From NCBI GenBank assembly GCA_002633005.1, contig NMRA01000046.1, positions 1 through 64,000 on the forward strand: 64,000 bases of DNA, read 5' to 3'. Below are positions 58,334 to 64,000 of the stretch, in pieces. The position numbers were made by a program, and so were the translations under genes. The notes below the pieces were generated by a model that saw only the letters and a program-made list of their open reading frames with translations, was not told where the DNA came from and ran no database searches. The number at the start of each line of letters is the position of its first letter. The stretch's first letter is position 1. Source of the DNA: Phoronis australis (taxonomy: Eukaryota > Animalia > Phoronida).

Positions 58334-59256
58334 CAGTGGCGGATCTAGGATATCACAAGGGGGGGCCCTACATTTTGTCTGTAAACATTTGCGCAAAGCC
58401 TTTTGTAGATGCGCATAGCACCTAATGAAGCGGGAGGGGGGCAAACCCCCCTCCCGCCCAGAAAAAAATTTCTGTTTTTTCCTCTAAAAATCAAGCATTT
58501 TCCTTGATTCCTAAAGTATTATCCAAGGAAAAAACACGAAGAACGTGTCAAGCTGCACCACCACAACTCCACTCGTAATTCAGTACTAAGAGACCTATTT
58601 GTTTATGGTCCACAGCGTTTGTGCGCGAAACCTCCTCTTTTTGTAATGCTTATTACACTTTTTATATTTTGTGCAATCAGTTCGTAACAAATTTGTTGTA
58701 TTTAGAATAGTCTTCAATTGCCCAAAAGACCAAATCCGTTTTTTGTGTTGGTATTAATGACGCGATTGCTTTGGAAATCGTCTTAAGTTAATGTTTGGCA
58801 AAGAGAGAATTATGAGTTTCTGACTGATTCACAAAGGCTTAGAATAAAATTCACATCTTACCAGCAGCTTCTGTTTTTTCATCATCACTCAGATTCCATT
58901 TTTTTAAAAAATGAAGTAATTTTCTTCATTGTACAGTAAAGCAGACGACGGAAACGGAGTCGCAGTGCGCAGCGCCACTACAGGTAGCCTTGGATATCGC
59001 GGAGAGGCAATACTTAGCCACAGTTCCGTTGTGATTACGCCGTGTTCCGAATTTGACACTTGAAATTGGATCTGAGCCCCCCCCAAACACGCTAAAACTG
59101 CACACATTTAAATCTTGTTTCAGCCGTATAATGTTAATTACCGGGGTTAATTAATAAACTCAACATTTCCCTACGCTCTTGCTGTTTCAGTTTTTTGCGG
59201 CAGCCAAGGGGGGGGGGGGAGAGCGGGCCCCCTGGGCCCCCCTAAATCCGCCTATG
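58334..59256. mobile_element. Non-autonomous hAT5-like MITE with 5-bp TSD
   Basis: TIRs cagtggcggatctagg / cctaaatccgcctatg; GGTAT on both sides; termini shared with 38315-41223. Confidence 0.85.
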
Positions 59257-59885
59257 GGTATCATCAGGATGGGAGAATATAAGGGCTGGACATTTAGGAA
59301 GGACCTCATTCTTACTTAGTGTTGGCACCTGCAATAAATTTTATTGATGGAAAACTGCATTTTCCATTCAAACAATGTCAAAGCAACATTACAATGAATC
59401 AAAACATTCTAAAATTTGAGGATGTTCTTTTTAGATGGCCAAAACTACAGTAAACTTTGATTTTTATCTATTTTGATAAGACCTTAAGATTGATTTTCTC
59501 TTGGAATATTATGGTTTCTTTTGTTAGATTGAAAATACCAAGTAACATAAGGTTGCATTGGCCAAGTGTTAAAACGCCTCTAGTCATGATATCAAGGTAT
59601 GATGAAAGTTCTGGTGACAAAAATATATATCTTTATAACCAACGTGTACAAATGTAATGATCTTTTGGAAAAAACAAATGATTCCCAATTACACCTCAGA
59701 AAGATTTGTATTTTTTTGATTAAATTAACTGTCAGAATTGTTAGTTTGGTTACGCTTTTCTGTTAAGAACTTCGATAGCCTGTATCAACATTTTTTGGAA
59801 CTATGATTCCATTTTCCCCACCAGATAACGCTCAGTAAATTTAAGAATTTGTTTTAAATATCTATTCTAATGTCAAAAATGTATA

Positions 59886-60700
59886 AATTGCACAGGTAAA
59901 ACGTGTTATCGTCGGATGAAGTTGTGTGGACATCGAGGCTTCCGTGACAGCATCGGCTGCATATCGTCTACGGCCTTGTTCCAGCCGCCAGCGTGCAGTC
60001 GGCTCTGTGCAAGCCGATAATAAAATCAAGTTCCTGACAGTATTGACTTTCTTATTTGGAAAAAGTATGAGAATTGACTCCCCTGATAGAGCTGAATCGT
60101 TCCTTTACAATACAGATAATGCCTAATTCGTTCAACACATGAGAGCGCGTTATTTTCGCATTTAAGAATACACAGAACGCCGTTTGTTTGTTATTTTGTT
60201 ACTATTCTGTACATAATGCCTTATTATAAGTATCCTATCCGCCTTATAATACGAAGACATGTGTATAGCCAGAAGAGCAAGTTTTGAATCATTTTTAATC
60301 AACGAAATCGCGGTACCGGTATACACTAAAGCTAAGTTTATGAAGATATTGCCGTCACTTGACGGATATCGCGCGCGTCACCACGCGTACAGTAAAATTG
60401 AATGTCATTGTGATGTGATGACTGACATGGGAAGGGGCCAGCTTTTTTACTCAGCGTCATTTTTATTGCCAGATTAGACTGGGCTGTCCAGGGGTTTGTG
60501 GTCCGAGTTTTTCATAGGTGATAATCTTCGGTCTTCCGGAGATTCACCGCAAAAGTCCGCCAGTACTACTGAGTTTGCAAAATGCGTTCGCAGGCTTTTT
60601 GTCGACTGGACACTTGAACACGTTTCACGGCGGATTACCGAAGCGTCAAGAATCGCCGACTAAGCCAGCAATGCGGAAAGGGTCAAAGAAAGCCATTTCC
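59886..60700 (-). repeat. Inverted, split paralog of the 56.4-kb module: C (59886-59996) and B (60520-60700)
   Basis: Reverse complements align to 56509-56626 and 56371-56550 respectively. Confidence 0.65.
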
Positions 60701-61115
60701 TTCATATTAGCGGAATCATCACTGATTCCGGAATTGGGCGTTGCGCCTGCTTAGATCTAACCTCGTATTCACCGATGATTTCGAGAAACACCAAGGTCGG
60801 GTTCTAGATTCACTTCCAGGGTATTTTCAAAACCATCGCAGTGTTTTCGAGGGTCACCGCAGTGACTATTCCAGTAGCATCGTGTGCAGTGATTAAAAAA
60901 CAACAACAAAAAACGCATTTTGTATTGCAGCTATTCACTGAATGTGCTGCTGGAAGTGGAATATTCTTTTGAACACATGACTTGCTAAATTGTCCTCATG
61001 TAAAATTGGAATGGTTAAAGGTGACATTATGTCTAAGGCACAAAAATGCTAATTTCGAAGTTTCCACTTGTTTTGACGACACTTTATAACATCCACTTTA
61101 GTGAAGGGCAGTCAC

Positions 61116-61193
61116 CTCGCTGGTTCCCTGCGTGCCGCTAGGTAGCCAGTAGCCCGGCAGCACGCAGGCTAGGCATGCTAGGGAACCAGCGAG
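61116..61193. mobile_element. 78-bp mini-element of the same family (ctcgctggttccct...agggaaccagcgag)
   Basis: Perfect 14-bp TIR matching the ends of 61208-61871. Confidence 0.6.
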
Positions 61194-61207
61194 GCATTTC
61201 ACAGCCT

Positions 61208-61871
61208 CTCGCTGGTCCCCTACGTGCCTGTAGCCAGCACTCAGGTAGTCACGCAGCCAAAGTGGCACGCGCTTTAGCATTGGTTGATGTAACCTCAGCA
61301 GTCATTGGTTAGCTTTACAATACCGTGAAAAAATGGCGGACTGTGAACGATTTTTAGCCTTGTTATGCAAGTGGCGTCGCAGCAACTATTTCGTTCAGTT
61401 TCTGCAGTGATGTTTAATAGCCACGTGTTTGAAGCACATACATGAACAATAAAAACATATCTGGCCGATTTAACCGGTGTGTTATTTACACTGTATGAAT
61501 ACAGGACAGTATCGTCAGTAAACAGAAGTTATCGACAGTAGAAGATGCACCCCGAAAAGGCGCAAGCACAATTTCTAGGATTCACTTTTCCTGAACATGA
61601 ATTTTACTGAAGCACCGATTTGTCTGTACTGACAACTGAACACATTAAACACTTCAGTCCATCACTCATGCCAGTTTGTTTGCGTAAAGCGCTGTCTATT
61701 GAGGATTTGACAAGCCAACCAGAAACGCCGGTGTACAAAAATTTCCCGAGGAAAATCAAGTGATACCTGCCTGCTGGCGCGGCTACCGCCCCACCTAGCG
61801 GCACGCAGGGAACCAGCGAGCCTACTGGCGCGGCTACGACCCCACCTAGCGACACGCAGGGAACCAGCGAG
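61208..61871. mobile_element. MITE with 10-bp TSD (Mutator-like by TSD length) and a duplicated right end
   Basis: Ends ctcgctggtcccctacgtg / cacgcagggaaccagcgag; ttcacagcct at 61198-61207 and 61872-61881; 51-bp terminal tandem duplication at 61770-61871. Confidence 0.75.
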
Positions 61872-63149
61872 TTCACAGCCTCTAAGCCAGAGCGGTCAGT
61901 TTTGTTCAATCAGTTTTCTGGTAACATCCAATTCCTTCTAGTAGCCTGTTTGTTGCTCACTTAAGGAAGTTGTAGGACCTTATTTTTAAATACCTGTGTT
62001 AATCGTCATCTTGCCTATTTATGGTAGAAAAAAATTTCCGAAACGCACCTCATTCGCGTAAGAATTTGTTTTCTTCGCATTCAAGTTCAAAGGTTACTGA
62101 CGGCTGTCACTCAAGTCGAATCTCCCGCCAGGCACATAGCACGGTTCCGTATGAAACCACAGTCCTTTCATTCACTGAATCACCATAATATTGAGTCAAC
62201 AAGGTGTACATAGCATACAAAGATGCTGCTGAAAACGAAGACAAGACGTGGTTTTGATCCTGAGGGAGTTATGTGTCTATGTATATACGACCGTTGATAA
62301 CTTATGAGGAATGCACCGAGTCCGAGTCGCCGTACGGCGTCTGGCACTTTTGTGAAAGTCACCCAAATTCATTATTTTCATCATTAAGTTTACGTTTCGC
62401 TGTTTCTATCTCGTGCTCACGGCGGCGCGTTATCCACAGACTCGAATTCTCTTATCTTGTTTCTTCATATTAGTCTCCCCTGCGCGAGATTCGCATGTTG
62501 TGTATCACAATGAACTGTTGACCTACTAACAGTTGACTCCGCCTCTCACCTAGTTTGACTCGAGGCACTGAAACCTTACTTACAAAATTAAGACATTTTA
62601 GTGATAATTAAGTTAATTACGTATTGCAAGTTCAGCTGACATTGCAAGTGAATGTTGAAATAACAATTATTGACCACAAACGAGTTTTCACCGAATAATT
62701 AAATGAAAACCTTGAGATATTTTGACGACTTGACGACGCTTTTGGCCTTTTCTCGGCTTTGGCAAATCGATTGAATTTGAGCTTAGGAACACGAGTTCTC
62801 GAAAACGGTTCGGTGAATTTCACTGATACTTTCCAATTTTAATTTTCATTTGTCCACCTCCGAAATGCTGCTACGATTTTTTAAACGTATAGCTTTATTG
62901 TACCGTGTCATAGAGACGAATACGACCGCTGTTCTTTTTACGAAAAATGACTTACATTTTGCGAGTTAACGAGTAATCGAAAATTTTTAACAAAATTTTT
63001 GAGAGATATTGGTAAGTTTTCATTTAAAGAATTTTTCATTAAAATCGACTAAGAGACATTTTGTGCTATGAATGTACTTTTGTTGAAAATGAAAATTTGA
63101 CTTAAAAAGTGGCCACGTCATAATAATAATGACACATAAGTATAAATAC

Positions 63150-63910
63150 AGATTATTACATGGCGAAGTCGTTATACCCCGTTATCTAGAGCCCGAGTGG
63201 ATTTTGGAGAATTATCGCCCGAGGGGCGTTACTATGTATACCACATACTGAACGAGAAACATTGCAATGAATCTATCTGCCTTTCTCGACTGGCTATGAA
63301 AAATAAGACTCATAATTTCCATAAAAAACGATATTTTAGTTCAGTGAAATTCTTCTCTCGTGTTGTCTCACTTGTAAATCACCGATCTCCCAATTTGGAT
63401 GCGGGTATCGTGTCGTCGGGATCCTATGACTTGAGCATTATAGTCAGTTACTAGTGGTAACCTACTTTAGCAGACGATATTTTACCGGTGGAAGCTTAGG
63501 GTGATAAAATGTGAAGTAAGTTATAGCAGTTGCTAAACCTTAATTTATAGATTTACTTTATTTCTATTTTGTTTAAAATTTCAATTGCTTTTGAGTATAA
63601 GCATTATTTGACAAAAATAGCTCAGCTTTTCTTAAAAGGTCATGACCTCCGACCCCGGGCCTCTGACAGAAAGTAGTTACAAAGCCGAAGCGAGTCGAGA
63701 AAGGTAGATAGATTCATTGCAATGTTTCTCGTTCAGTATGTGGTATACATAGATTATTACATGTTCTCAGTCGTTATCCCCCTTATCTAGAACCCTCATG
63801 GATTTTGTAGAATTATCACCCTCGGGGCTAACGCCCCTCGGGCGATAATTCTCCAAAATCCACTCGCGGTCTAGATAACGGAGGATAACGAATTCGCCAT
63901 GTAATAATCT
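63150..63910. mobile_element. Hairpin-ended non-autonomous element (B1-A-core-A'-B2-B1' architecture)
   Basis: ~80-bp TIR agattattacatggcgaa...; inner ~55-bp inverted pair (63233-63291 / 63693-63750); right end forms a ~160-bp palindrome. Confidence 0.85.
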
Positions 63911-64000
63911 ATATGTATTTTAATAATTCCCGATTCTGCTTCTTTCAAAAATATATACTTTTACTAGTTGCCACAGTCTAGTTTTCTTGGTATTTAACTT

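Overview
AT-rich eukaryotic (animal, probably marine invertebrate) genomic DNA with several N-gaps. Most of the window is the 5' two-thirds of a spliced, minus-strand DYRK4-like (class 2 DYRK) kinase gene. Nine phase-consistent GT-AG coding exons lie at 16315-1445; the 3' exons fall outside the window, beyond position 1. Several candidate alternative first exons extend up to about 54.5 kb, where the CpG-poor gene body gives way to CpG-rich upstream DNA. The introns and upstream region hold many non-autonomous DNA transposons: three CAG-ended elements with 5-bp TSDs (one with a hAT transposase remnant), a TA-TSD MITE nested in an 8-bp-TSD hAT MITE, a 10-bp-TSD element, a TTAA MITE, and two copies of a hairpin-ended element, one carrying a tRNA-like Pol III unit. 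There are also several minisatellites. Most notable: a family of diverged CpG-rich modules in inverted orientation upstream of the gene (56.4-56.8 kb vs 59.9-60.7 kb), the tRNA-like cargo in a hairpin MITE, the possible array of alternative first exons, and a W->F change in the kinase DxWSxG motif. All alignments were done by eye.
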